Notes under the pieces: generated by a model
What the model saw: only the letters and a program-made list of their open reading frames with translations
What the model was told of the DNA's origin: nothing
Databases searched by the model: none
Translations under genes and position numbers: made by a program
NCBI GenBank assembly: GCA_964187785.1
Contig: OZ076409.1
Coordinates: 32,056,001-32,120,000 of the forward strand
Length of the DNA: 64,000 bases
Direction: 5' to 3'
Source: Amphiscolops sp. MND2022
Taxonomy: Eukaryota
Shown here: positions 1 to 13,721 of the stretch, piece by piece
How positions within the stretch are numbered: the stretch's first letter is position 1
Layout of the letters: the number at the start of each line of letters is the position of its first letter

Positions 1-3000
1 GAAGGTGCCCATCCGCATCAAAAATACCTCACCCACACCATTCACCATCAAGAAAAGTCAGTGGTGGTCGAATTCCACATCACAACACCAAATGTAGCTA
101 AAAACATCAAACCTTTATCCGCAGCAGCAATAAAAGTCCTAACCGAAGATGATTCGGAACAAGCACTTGAATACGTCAACGAGCACCTGAAAACTACGAA
201 AAATCCGAAATGTCCCAACAGTTCTGGTTCCCAACCCCAGACAACCCAGGTGACCTCCACTCACACTCCTGTCCAAAGATGGATCCTCAGGGAGATAGAA
301 GAGTTGGAAGAAATCCAGAAACTTAACCCCATATGCAGCCAACAAGACAGACAAAAACTCCTGGAGAATTTTAAGTGGGATGATTCTCAATTAGACGACC
401 AAAACCGAAAAACATCGAGAACATACTTGTCGAATACCACGACATATTTGCCCGCCACCGCTTGGACATTGGCGTCAACCATGACTTCAAAATAAAACTG
501 ACACCAAAAAACGACCAACCAGCTTACACGCAGAGCCTACCCTGTCCTGTAAATCTCAAAGAAGACCTCACAGTGGAAATAGCCTTGATGCACTACTACG
601 GCATCATAACCACACTACTTTTCATTAAATACGCTAGCCCCATTTTTGCTCAACGAAAGCCAAATGGGCGAATTCGACTGTTAGTTGACCTTAGAAAGAT
701 CAACAATCAAATAGTTGACGATTACACGAACAGCAACCACCCAGTCAGCACCTTCTCCGACGCCGCACAACACCTCGCCGGAAAGAAGTTATTTTTGCAA
801 GCTAGACTGCTCCCAGGCTTATCACGTCCTGCGAATGGCAGACAAAAAGTTGGTAGAACTACTAGCTTTCAATTTCGCCAGTCGAACATTCGCGTACCTG
901 CGACTCGCTCAAGGGCTCAGCAGGTCCCGCTCCTCCTTCTCGAGCTCCATGAGAGAATATCTCGATCGAGTCATCAAAGCTGACAAATGCGCTCAGTACG
1001 TCGACGACATCGGGATTGCCACCCACAACTCCGAGGAGCTGAAGACCAACCTGCGTGAGGTTTTTTCAGTGCGTCCGAGAAGCAGGTTTGCGTTTGACAA
1101 TGGCCAAATGCCAGTTCGGCGCCAAGGAAGTCCAATTCCTCGGACGAACTGTGTCACCCGAAGGAATTGCTCCACAAGACCAGAAGATTCAGAATTACTT
1201 GCAAAAATTGACTTTCCCAATGCCGGTGCCAACTTACTCATGACCGATGCCAACTTCAAAAACGCGGGTTACGCCCTCATGATCGAAGAGAACGCAGAAG
1301 AAAAGATCACATCAGTAAGGAAAACTTGCGCACCAGTGGCATTCGGTTCCAAAATGTTCTCTACGTCACAAATTAAAATGTCTATATACGCGAAAGAATT
1401 CCTAGCCATGTACTTCGCCTTTATGGAATACAGCCACATCCTATGGGAATCAACCAAACCGGTTGTCGTCCTCACGGACAACAAATCTGTGACACGCTTT
1501 TCCAGACAAAAATCATCTCTCCAGCCTTTTGGAACGCGTGCGATTTTGTCCTCCAATTCCACTTCACCATTGTTCACGTGCCGGGAAAAATGAACACAGC
1601 CGCTGACTTTCTGTCCCGCCTCGACATACAGCCGAAAGACAAGGTCCACATCACGATACGAGACGACATACGTACCACACCTATCCAGGTGAACATCCAT
1701 TTGTCCGACGTCACAGAAGAGGAGCAGTTCCTCTTCATTCCCGGAGACGATACGGAAACTGAGGAACAAATCTGGGAACGCAAACTTCGGGCACGCAAGA
1801 AAATCGAAGAAGGCGGCAATACCAAACCCCACACAGATGAAACAACCACCGAAACAACGGGCAGTGACCAAGAAGTCACTACAATTCAAGCGGAAGTACT
1901 AGTAACCCAAACAATCTCCGAAACTACCAGTGAAGACAATGGCCATCGAAAACTATGCGACATCAACAAGACCAAGACAACATCCTGAGAAATTATAAAC
2001 TCCCCTTGCTCAAAGAACCTTACAACGAGCAGCTCGATACATTGCCCAGGACAGCAGAATAATCTTAAAAGATGGACTGTTATACCGGCTGTACTATGAT
2101 CACGCAGGAAAAGTCAAATTCCTACAGATTCTGCTACCTGAGCACTTAACCGACTCATTCATCCTAGCGCACAATGGACAAGCAGGCAAACACCCAGGAA
2201 TAACCAAAGTGATACAACAATGTCGGGAGAAGTACTACTCTCCAGGCATGGCAGCCAAGATAGCTCACCACATCTCCAGATGCACCGAATGCATGCAGAC
2301 AAAACGCACAGACAAGCGGTCCATAACGCCACCGATGATCGACACGTCCAAAATGGCCCTAGGCCCAGAGGACGCCCACCAAATGGACATTGTCCCCTTT
2401 GATGAGCCCTCAGGTGGGTATAATGCAATCGTCACCGCAATGGACGTCTTCTCTCGCTACCTTTTCACGTACAACGTAGTAAACAGATTCCCCCACAGTT
2501 GCCCGAGTTCTTGTAGACAGCATGACCCGCCACGCCTACCTCCCACCCACTGTTATTACTGACAAAGGCAGTCAATTCATGTCTGAAGATATGGCCGACG
2601 CGACCAGGATCATGGGCATGCAATTTATACATGCCACAACCAAACACGCCCAAATTATCGGAATCTTAGAAAGATGTCATGCTTCACTGAAACAGTCATT
2701 GATGATATCAAAGGGAGAACGACGAACGATGTGCACCAGTATGTAGCCATAGCAACACTTAGCTACAACACATCGTACCACTCCGCCCTGGGCTGGGAAC
2801 CCAGCAGAGGCTTCCATGGAAGAATCCCCTACAATGTGCTGGATCTCAAATTTGGCATACGAAGCGGACGCCACTCGACACCGACAACAAACCCAGGAGA
2901 AGACATTCTACACAAAACACACCAGATCAAAGAAACAGTGAAAAAAATTGATGCGATCCTACATGCGATACAAACAGTATTACGACAAAAAAAAGCAAAT

Positions 3001-3633
3001 GCTCACCCCCTCCACGTCAACGAATACTGCTACGCACTCCACCCCAGAGCGAATACCCAGAGTACTAAAATCCCATTCAGAGAATATCTCTGGACAGGAC
3101 CCTACATTATCGTCAATGTGCTCCCAAACAACAATTACCTTATCCGAAAACTACAGACAAACAGTACACAAATCTTTCACAGGATCCGCCTAAAACCCTG
3201 CCCGACCGACAAATCACTACCGGACAAACCCGTCTTACCTAAAGATTACATCCCAGACACGTAAGTAGACGTCTTTCACGATGACCTATATCCTCAAGCA
3301 TGGCAGTCAAATTCTGAGGATTTTACCACAATACCCAACATCCCAGCTCAAGCAGAACCCACAATAACCATCCCTGAGAGACCCGAAGAACAACGCACTC
3401 AAAAAGAAGCCCTAACACCCGACCCAAGAGAGCTTCTCTCGGCACCTAACCCAGATGAATACCCAAATGACACAACACCTAGCCTCGGTTCAGACAACCC
3501 CGAAAACGAAATCCCACGCCCCAATTCGCCACGAAAAAACAAATACAATCTACGAGCAAACCCCCCATCGAACTGGAAAAAGGATTATGCTTATTATAAC
3601 CCGATAAACGTTGACCCTATCTCACAAAACTGA
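1..3633 (+). pseudogene. pol: Gypsy pol (RT, RNase H, integrase), frameshifted
   Basis: RT motifs YASPIFAQRKPNGRIRLLVDLRKIN, KLDCSQAYH, LAQGL, QYVDD; RNase H MTDA, YAKEFLA, LTDNK, ADFLSR; integrase H..H..C..C (HPG...CTEC), MDIV, ITDKGSQF, ILER, and WTGPY. Spread over several frames, with an apparent deletion near 1220. Confidence 0.95.
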
Positions 3634-3971
3634 ACATTTAATTACTCGGAAGGATAATCGTCTCATCTACTGACCTAAATTACTACCTATGATTAACTCA
3701 ATTACCTTTAAACTCAACTACGAACTCGAGACAAAAACAACACAAGGAGCAAAATATACTAAAAGACGCCCCACGCCCACTTTGGACGAAGATTCATTTT
3801 TTGTTTTTTTTTCGCTTCAATACTAACTATCTTCTACAAGCGATTAACACATTTTTGGCTCAATCAACAACATACACACTACGTAACAAAGAAGTTCAAG
3901 AAATTCAACAGTAATAAAATATCAGACTACAAAGAATATACAGTTGAATGTTTCAACAAATCCAGGAGCCA

Positions 3972-6900
3972 TCACCGCTTGCTACCATTTTTCTTGTCCT
4001 TGGAGACGTTTGACGAAAACTGACCTGAGGACAACATTTCTTTTCGTTCCTGACGTCTCTGCTGCAACACTCGGGTGTCACTTGACCGCACAGGACTACA
4101 TATCAGTAGGGACTTATCAACAGTAACAGCACTTGAGGGAGGCGGCGTACTCGGAGAAACACGTTTCACTTTGGCAGCATCAAAGTACACACAAGAACCA
4201 GCCTGCGGATTAGCAACATCAGCGTCAGCAGATGGAGAAACGCTCGAACCACCCGTGCCTGCAACTGACAGTTTCGACAAGATGCCCAAACGGTGACGCC
4301 AGTCGTCCATCTGCTCCAGAAAGTACGCGTCAAAGCGATCACGTAAACTACGGTACAAGTCCTGGTGGCAATGTTGATACACCGTAGTCCACGGAGAGAA
4401 AGGAGCATCCTCAATAAAGTTCTTCTCAGCAGGAAGATTGACCTTTAGATCATCCAGACAGTCTTTCGTTAACACTTCCCCAGAACTGAAGCCAGAGAAG
4501 GAAACGTAGGTCTGCACAGACAGAATAGCCGAAGTAAGAATCTTCGACGGAACAGCCACAACATTCAACGAGATGTCCACATCAGGATACGACACTTCGC
4601 GAGGCACCACCAGAACTGAGGAGAATTGAACAACTCGTGACAAATGGTCTCGACAACTGAAAGCCTCGGACTCCCGCATGAAACTAAAAGTGTCTTTGAT
4701 GGTAGACACTATCCGGCGATCCCGCCGACGCAACTCCACCAAGAACGACTTGAACTCGTTGCAACATCGTTCAGCCTCTACAGCAGTCAATCGTCCACAC
4801 ACTTGGTAAAAAGCAACGAGACCGCGAAATAGCTCAACATTATATGACTGTTCGCCTAGAAGCAGCATATCTGGCGAAAAACAACTCAAGTTGGAAAAAA
4901 GGCAAGAATTCATAAAGGCGGACTCATTTAATACTCTCAGTAACCCCATAAGTAAAGAATAGCACTCGCAACGAAAAGAACGACGTACTGCAGCGGTACA
5001 TCCAGCCAATGCCTTCACCACAACGGGTTCTCCTACTAGGCACTCCGCATACGATATGTTCGGCCAGGTTGTCAAAGGTGTGCCGACATACTCGCTCCAG
5101 GCATCAATTTCAGGCAATTCAGATACCTTTTCAACTTCGCTGAGCAGACTCCAATAAAAAAAGCAGAATTCAGCATAATTCCTGCAACTGTAGTCGGTAA
5201 CCTCAGCAACGAATTGTTTCTCGAAATTGGACAAGAAACACAGAACCAGCACTTGCAGCACACACAGTCGGGGCAAAATATGGTCATCAGCCAGCACCAT
5301 CTGACTCAAGTCTTGCGGAACCTTGCTCCGGGATGTTGAAACTACACCACCCTTGCCCAAGAACAGCTCAATATCTCCCCAATGATTGTCTATCTCATCA
5401 AGAACAACGCTGAGAGAAGCGAAAGGAATATCCCGCTGTTGAATACATCGCTGCAATGTTGCAAGTCCAAGCATCCAGGACTGTTTCAAAGCACGGTGAA
5501 AGCGCAATAGCAGATACACAAAAAGAGCGAAGCAGTCCAAAGCACTGGAACCATTTTTGCCCGCTTCCTGAACATGCTCTTTGAACACCTTTGGAGTGTA
5601 CTCAGAAATGAACACAGGTTTGAGCTGACACTGCGAAACACACCACTCGGTCACCACAATGGAGAGAGTCGATGAAATCCCCCGCCGGCAAACAGGCGAC
5701 TGTCCGGCACGTAGGATGGCAAACATCCGGGACAGACCAACAATCTCGGAATCACAAAGACCCGGCAACTCGAATTCCCACAAGACGCAAACCTCACGCA
5801 AGGTGCCATTAGCAAAACATTGCACATAAAAGCGCAAACCATCCTGGTCTTCCCGCAGGCCTGCACTGAAGAAAGAATCCTTCACTCATCCTTGAACTCG
5901 GCGAAGAATCCGGGGGTATAGAGTATGTCCAATTTTTTACTTACGTCTCCGTCTCCGTCTACAACTAGAATCCACAGGGAGTGCCGCCTGGAATTGACTC
6001 CACAACCGTCTCAGAAAGCGATGATACCCCCACTACGAATCAATTCAAATAAACCTCCGACTAGGGTTGAAGACGGCACGTTTGACACCACCCCCACTAA
6101 CGCATCGACCTCATCTTCTAGGAAGAGATTTTTCTTGCCCAGGACTACCGCAGAAGTCTTCTCGATCTCGGCCCGCAACTCTGCAGAAATTGACGAAACA
6201 GGCACCCCATCGAACCGAGTAGTATAGAGGACATCCTCTTGGTCCAAACGAAAGCGACGATCTTTTACGAAGTTGCTTTTGCTGATAAAGTAACGCCAAA
6301 TTTCCGGCTCACCCCGACTGAGGAAAGACACGTCCCTACGGCACACAGCACAATTGAACCCATTGGAATTCCGGTCGGATCGGCGACTCAGGAACAGCTG
6401 TGGCAGAGCATGACTAGCCATTTTTTTGCGCAACACATTATGTTCCACTTGTCGCCGCTTTCTTCTCTCATACTTGGCATAAAGCCGGCGTTTCGTCTCT
6501 TCCTCCGCGTTCATCTGGGACTGTCTAGACTACATGTTCTTCCCTTTTGACTTCAAGAGGCGGACGATTTCAGTGAGACCTAAATAGACAAACAAACCAA
6601 TACCCCGGAGCATACACTTTCAGAAGACAACCAATTATGTGAGAACAGAAGAAGCGATAGAATAACCCAAAGGCACACACACAAAATCAAGCACAAAAGG
6701 AAACTGACGTTTTGAGAAACTACGTTCATCTTCTCGTTTTTGACTTTGTTCCAGTCTAACAGCCGCCTGCCCAAATGCCAGCACTTGTGACGAAGAAAGA
6801 CACATAGCCCCGGATGGAATATCTGAGAGACCAGCTGAAAACATAAACCAGGATGAGTCACAAGCCCCAATGCTATACAAAGAAAGACACGGGAAATAGG

Positions 6901-7882
6901 ACAATGAAGTTTCCAATATCAATGGTAATCACCTTCCTCCCATTCATTGTGGAGGACAGACCGCTCCAGACCGACACTAGGCCGAGCATGTTGGGTACGC
7001 TAACAAGTTTTACCAGAAGATGGCCCAGATTCAAAGGCTACAGTGCCACTCACGATGGCAGTCGTCCCGACAGTCACTGGCGCCAGACGTCGGACCAGAC
7101 TCTTTGTGTGCACCCGCACCAGGCAACAGTGGAGTACTACCTGGAAACACACCCTTACTCAATGCCATCAATACTACCTTAGTACGACCATGACAGAACG
7201 AACACCTACTGAATTCGGGCAACTGCAGAAACAACGAGTCATCACTACCCTCGTCATCTGATGAATCCAAAGCAGCAACTCGTGAGCGCTTAGTAGTCGC
7301 TTCCGGAAGAGCAGAATGCAATCGCTTGCTACGGCGACTACCAGATTCACCAACAGAACTCCCAGGCACAAAATCTGCGTCGAGAGGATCATCACTATCT
7401 CCTGCACAAACCCATATTCCATTAGAAGAATGACGCGTCTGTTTACTAGCATAAAACTGGTAGCTGGCCACTAAATAGCTAAGAGACTTACCCTGTCGTT
7501 CGCAAAGATAGTCCAAAGAATGTCTATTGTCACTCTCAGTAGAATGGTCTAAATCGTCACAGTTTCCCTCTCCTTCAACACCACCTTGCTCGCTATCACA
7601 CTCGTCAATCTGGCCGAAACCAGCTACGGGTCGACCAACCGACCCAGAAACCACAGGGGACTGAGCTACCGTCTCACGTCCAGCATCGTCTGACTCCTCT
7701 GCGATCCTCAATTGACCCTCAGCAGCAAAATTGTCTTCACCCACTTCCTGTTCTTTTCCAGAAGTTAACTCATTTTCAGTGTTTTCTCCATCATTGCCCC
7801 GTGACTCGAACTCACTTTCTAACACTCCAATTTCTTGCGAACGCATAAAACGCGCAGCATCCTCATCAATTGACTCAGCCAT
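3972..7882 (-). pseudogene. Antisense multi-exon cargo gene of element 1; degenerate hAT-transposase-like protein
   Basis: ORFs 7031-7882, 6011-6514 and 3972-5885 on the minus strand. Candidate GT-AG introns 6932-6835 and 6723-6580 keep the frame. A CAVC zinc-finger-like segment and hAT-like spacing of motifs are present. Confidence 0.6.
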
Positions 7883-8158
7883 CCTCTCTTTTTCACAAAC
7901 AATCTGAAAATACCACTCACTCGAAGACGTGGTGTAAAATCAGCGAAGAATAATAATATTAGCTACTACTACTATGACGTAATGGAAGTCAATCAGTCTG
8001 CCAGCTGGAAACTCTCCCAATCACGCAAGCGACGTGAACAAGTATGAAAGGAATAGAATTATCATTCAACTACTCAGCCATTCCTGAAACAGTCACTTAA
8101 CATCACACACAATTATCAGCCTCATTATCACACCTAGCTTACTTTCATCGCTAATACA

Positions 8159-8739
8159 ATGACTTCATTAGATTTGAACTTGTCAAGCGATTGCGTTAAT
8201 CTGGAACGCGACCAGGACGCATTTCTACAAACCACCGCTGCACAATCAACACCCAAGACGCCGGTGATTCATGAAGAAAACAAGCACGTATCTATTATTC
8301 AAGACGTATATGAGCTCATCAATACAGGGGACGAACACATCGTTCTTTACCATGAATCAACCCCGACATCTATATTAATGACGGAACAGGACATATTACC
8401 AATCAGAAGATTCACTACTTTTAACCCAATTATACCAGACGACGTCTTTATGAGCCCACCACACGAGTCTATGAAAATATGAACAGCTGGTTGCACAGTC
8501 CGAACGAGGCAGAAATGAGCCCTGTATCAAACAAAACAAGCTCGATTGGATACTTCTCGGGCAGCGATTGGTCTTCATTATCAGAGTCTACGTGGTTTAC
8601 TTATGACTCACAAATTCAATCTATCTTCCTTCCACCAATATCGTCTCCATTCAGGCCAATTTCCCTACTTCCCCCTTATTGGACGCTCCTCAAGAAAGCA
8701 GGGGACTGTCACAGCCCCAGCGGTGCTGCGAGGAAATAG
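8159..8739 (+). CDS. Small hypothetical ORF pair in the 3' region of element 1
   Basis: Overlapping ORFs 8159-8482 and 8479-8739, divergent from the antisense gene; no recognisable motif. Confidence 0.25.
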
Positions 8740-9848
8740 ATCAGTTGAGGACGCCTGAGGAGGAAAGTGAAGAAGATGACTAAAATAACAACATGAGAAC
8801 CTGAAAGAACTAAACCAACAAACATCCACTGACACATAGAACAACTATATAGTTATTTAAAGAATATTAATAAATTGATCCCAGTGCAGTACCTAAATTA
8901 CATGAAAATGTAAATACTTAAATAATATTAAGTGCTGTAAAGGTGATTTGTTTACAGTAAATTGGCCGGTGCGACGAGTGGAATTAATCCAACAAGCATA
9001 TCGACTAGTTTACTGTCTCAATAACAGAGGAGCTGAACGACTCAATTTTCATTCTCTCATAAATCAACCAATCAGCGATTAGCGCAAATGAACAGCACAG
9101 CGCTAGCGGAGTAGTCATCCTAGTGAACTCTTCAGTCGACCGAAATCTAGGACGACCGCCCAGTCGCTCGACTGAATAATTAATAAAGATGCATTAAATA
9201 ATCAGCACTCTGTGCTAACCGTAATACAATCCCAGCTCAAAAGAAGCTGAAATACGATAGAATATGCATGTAAACGAAGGAATAGTTACCTAATAATTTG
9301 GAATTGATGCTAACGAACAGACTTAATAATACTAATTTTGAGTCAACCACCCAGGCAACCTTCCAATTGTACTTAATTTTGAAATTAACTCCCATTACCT
9401 ATATTACTGTCCTAAAGATTTATTACGATCAATGTACAATGTATAATACATATACGGTCCTAATCGAATTTGTAAAACGTTAAAAGGATGAATAGTAGTG
9501 AAATGTGCCGTAGTGCTATTGATGAGATAGCAAGTGTGAAAAATATTTGTCTGAATCCAAAATGACACCCCAGTCTCCTCCCCAACAATCTAAACTTTAT
9601 TTTTTCGCAGAACGATGGAACTATTCGATTTAAGGGTGTACACTATTTACACCCATCGATGCGGTATTACCATTCCCTTGTTACGTATTAACCAGTCTAA
9701 TATGCTGTTTTGTTAAATGTTCTACTAATAGTGAAATTTGTTCAAGCAATTCGAAGTCAACACTCTAGTCAACCGTTCAGTCGACCTGGACTAGAACGAG
9801 CTACCAGAAGTGCGACCAAGATAATTAATTGTCCATTCAATGTGAAAA

Positions 9849-10885
9849 TGTTGGTGCTGAGGAGTACTTAATTATTATTTAAATTGGAAAATGTACTTAT
9901 TTCATATATTGTGATATCGGTGATTAATTCCCATTTTGTTTCGATGTAAACTTATTACTTTTCCCGCGTAAGTTGCTAGGTCCATGAACTTCCATTGCAA
10001 ACTGTGAACTCGGCGTCACAAATTGGCAGGAAATGAAGGAGAAGGAACGCGGAATCAGGACTTCGGAAGGAAATGAATTCCCACTTTTCTTGAAGTGAGA
10101 TGAAGCCGAATGCCGAGGCCTGAGGAACCTTTCCTAATTCGGATTTTCCCGCCATGGAAGGAAGCCGAGTGGAACGAGGTGTGAGTTCACGTGCGAGATT
10201 TATCCCGCGTGTCTAGCGAAAAGTATAAATATACCTGACGCTGGTTAAGAGTGTTAAGTGTTGAATTTCCTTAGGATGAAACCAACTTGAAGCAGTTTTA
10301 CCCTTGGAAAGATCACACTTTTGAAACTATCAGTGATCTAATTTCAGCATTTTGTATCGATCTTGTTTGTTATTTTGCCAACTTCCAGTTGTTCATATTT
10401 TGTTGTTTATCTTGATCAAGTGAACTTGTCTTTTCTGAAACAAGCACTAGAAGGCTGTCAGTTTTTCTCGACTATTTGGAACTTGTTAATTAATTCAAAT
10501 CTTGATAGCCAGATAGTTTCCGTCGATATGCCCGAAAGGTCTCAGAAAAGAAAACTGAGAAGAGACCAACCTGAGCACCATGAGTTGGCTGAAGAGTCTA
10601 GTTTGCAGACTGACCAAAACAATTGTATCTCAGAGCAGGACTTCGAAAATATATCTAGTAAAGTTGAGAATAAAGTGTCTGAGCGTTTGAGAGATACCGA
10701 ACACAATCAGAGAGAAATCCTTAAATTGATAGAGAACTTGACAGCAAAGGTAGATAGTTTGTCTAATTCGACATCATCGGAACCTAACTATCTTAACTCT
10801 AGAACCGAAATCGACGGTAATTTGCAAGGTATTTCGGTATTCGAACACATCGATATCCCCGGACAAAGTAATGAGTACTCCAACA
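9849..10885 (+). repeat. Probable 3' LTR of element 1
   Basis: Starts TGTTGG and ends CCAACA (6-bp terminal inverted repeat). TATA-like GTATAAATA near 10222. ORF MPERSQKRK... from 10528 runs to the LTR end. Confidence 0.55.
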
Positions 10886-11600
10886 GGTACAGATACTACT
10901 TCCGAAAAAACGGTGTTTTCTCTCCCTTTTTTCAGGAAATGGCCAAGAGAGTCACCCTAAGGAACGTTACGACCAGTAAAAAAGGGCGAAATCGTTGCCC
11001 CACTAGCCGTAGCACTGCGAGTATCCCACTAATAGCTGTGGCCATTAGGTATGAGGCACTGTCGATCCAGGAGCTATATAAAATTCGGCAAATTCCACCC
11101 TTTCTGAGGTCAAAACATCAAGGAGTTTTTCTCAACTTTGGCTGGCGCTAGGCTCACCAAAATTTTTGGTAGACGTTATTTTTGGTGGCGGTCGCAAAAA
11201 TGTAATCAGTTTTCAGGTAGGGTCACAATATCTATGACCTGGCCCTACCTTTGAGACAGTCCGGATGGATGATAAAATTGGGCATTTTAGTGCATTTTTG
11301 AACTTTTCTCGCCACTGGAAACGAAATTTTTGACGCGGTTTTCACCTTCAAACGTCGTTTTTACTATATAAACAAAAACTGCGAGCTCTTGAGCTCCCAG
11401 ACAACAAAACGATTGAGTGCCATAGCAAGTTTAACAATGTACTCGGAGACTTCGGGAACTAGTCAAAATTTAAGGTTTTTGGGGCCGAAGTCACAGTTAG
11501 CTTTTTCAAAAGTACCCAAAAACTCGCTCCACAGTGCCTACACAGTGAAGTGTACCCTAAACTAGTTTTAGTATACTTGGGATTCTAGGATGCTCTGTCA
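10886..11600 (-). repeat. Diverged inverted relic related to the 5' leader of element 2
   Basis: Reverse-complement matches in collinear order to ~16050-16730: CCGGACTGTC, GAGAAAAACTC, TGGGGCAACG, AATCGTTTTGTTG. Ends are approximate. Confidence 0.55.
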
Positions 11601-12573
11601 CAGTTCTCCAGTGGCGTTCATCAGCGTGCTCAATCCCTATTTTTACAAAAAAAAACCGTGTTTATCCTCACAAAACTGTCAGAATGGTGCTCACAGCGGC
11701 ATTTTTGAGTGCTCGAGCGTGTGTTGACCAGTCAGTTGGGGTTTTTAACTACTTTTCGTTAGATCTGAACGGTTTTCTCGGCTAGCATCAAGAGCCCTTT
11801 CGCTCATATAGGTGTTTCACCTCAAAAATTGTAGCCTCCATGTAACGGCAAGCCATAGCCGTTCAATATGAAGTAGAAGGAACTCCTGAATGGGACAGGC
11901 GCCCATGCCATGCGCCCAATTTGCTTCCTGGGGTAAGAATCGTCCCGATTCTGCCTCTAAAGAGTGCTCACTGGCCTGTTATACTCTGTTATTGCCAACA
12001 GCAACGGGCATTTCAATTTTTTCTCGGAACCACCGATTAGCTGGCCTTCAAAAACTGGAAGTAACAAAGTATCAATTAATTAGGTTAATTTCTTCTATCG
12101 ACAGGGAGTGAAAACAGGTAGCTCTTGAGCTATGGCAATCAAGAAAAGGCAATTTACCACAGCATAAACAATAGACAATAATGCACTGTTAAGTAATAGA
12201 ATGGGGACACGTAGTCACCGTAGGCTTATTCAAGCAAAGAAAAGCATTCTAGCAAGTAATCACAACAATTAGCAGCATAATGCTCAAGACTCAAATCCGT
12301 CGAAGTCCTTTTAATGACACAGTCGTGGTGAGCGGAATTTGACTGAAATTCGGTAGTCTCAAATTTTGAACGAAATTCTCAAAATTTTTCCGCCGACCGT
12401 TAAATAAAAAGAACTGCCATGAGCGTACAAGAATCGTAGAAAAGTTCATAATACGTTTGAAACCATAAAAATAGGTGAAAGACACTAAATGTTGATTTTG
12501 ATGTCGATAAACACCAATCGTTATTCCGGGAAGTTTGGGAGCGAAATTTATCTGACGTAAATCGTTTGTACAG

Positions 12574-12788
12574 GTACTATGTTCTTTTTCCCGTACATTC
12601 TGTGGAAGCAAGCGTGTTCTTCCGTGGGTCTGGATGTTGATTCCTTGGTGAACAGCCTGACCACTTTCGACTCAACCATCAACTCCGAGATCTGGCAAAA
12701 GACCTTGACCCATGCCGCGCACCAGATCGAGAGGTACATTGAGAGTCAGAGGGAAATCAGGTCTGGATACCTAGTCAGCGCAAAAAAA
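12574..12788 (+). CDS. inx: Innexin exon (end of TM2 and cytoplasmic loop)
   Basis: MFFFPYILWK matches the innexin TM2 proline motif. Acceptor tacag at 12573; donor GTGAGT at 12789, phase 0. Confidence 0.85.
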
Positions 12789-13444
12789 GTGAGTAGAGAT
12801 TTTACACGAGGAAACAACTATCCCAATTTCAATCATGACCAAATTTTCATTCGAGTGAAACCTTTGTTGAAACTTGCACAGAGGAATGCTCGAATATAAA
12901 TCTGAGATTGCATATAGTCAGGCTAGGCTCTCTTTTTGTTGTAGAGATCAGCACTTACCAAGAATTGTCTCAAAGTTTATTGCCATATACCTTTTAAAAA
13001 GAAATCCACCAAAGTTTCAGATGGAAACCACCATAATTCAAAATACTTACAATACACTTTACTATAAACCTATTGTTCTACTGCGTACGGGATTACATAT
13101 CATAGATGTTAATAAAAAAAAATTTCAAATTTATAATTATTGTTATTTTTTTTAAAATGGAAAGAGATAAACCATAAGCGTCACAGTTATTTTCCTCATG
13201 CCATTTTAAATGCTATACCTGGGCATATAGAAGCAAATTTAATTGAAATAAATTTTTGTAAGATAGTCTTTGATGATCTTTCAACCAATCAGACACTTTC
13301 AATTTATCACTTTCAATCTCAAAGTTGTTGAACATGATTCGTGAGCTAATCAGAAATTGGAAGTTATCGTGCTTTGCTGTAATAATAGCAACACTCAAAG
13401 TAAAGTATTTCCCGCAATAAATATTGCAGTGATTTTTGTTACAG

Positions 13445-13721
13445 GCTCTCATTTTCGGCAATAAAAGGCGAAGTGATTATCTGACTTCTTTCTATCTGTG
13501 TTTGAAAACTGTCTACGTCATCAACATTTTCGCTCAAATTGCCTTTCTTAACTGGCTGTTGGGCTACTCATTCAAGTACTACGGGCTCAAAGTCATTGAC
13601 TCCAGAGTAACCCCCACAGGCCTGGATGACGGCTACAGGAGGTTTCCAGCTGGACCAGACTTCGAACAGACATTCGGATTCCCCCACGTATCTCTCTGCG
13701 ACTTTCGCGTTAGGATACTTG
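13445..13721 (+). CDS. inx: Innexin exon (TM3 and start of extracellular loop 2)
   Basis: YLTSFYLCLKTVYVINIFAQIAFLNWLLG and FPHVSLCDF (innexin FPRVTxCDF). Acceptor tacag at 13444; donor GTGGGT at 13722, phase 1. Confidence 0.92.

Larger units (their letters stand above)
1..10885 (+). mobile_element. Ty3/Gypsy LTR retrotransposon, 5' end outside window, decayed (element 1)
   Basis: pol in RT-RNaseH-IN order at 1-3633, a long 3' region with extra ORFs, then a TGTTGG...CCAACA-bounded LTR-like block at 9849-10885. The right boundary is inferred because the other LTR is not visible. Confidence 0.75.

Noticed and set aside
10363..11151. Host protein-coding gene
   Set aside because: Starts inside an LTR-like block and reads into unrelated repeat sequence.
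12761..12766. Alternative innexin donor GTCTGG
   Set aside because: Phase 2 does not fit the phase 0 acceptor at 13445; GTGAGT at 12789 does.
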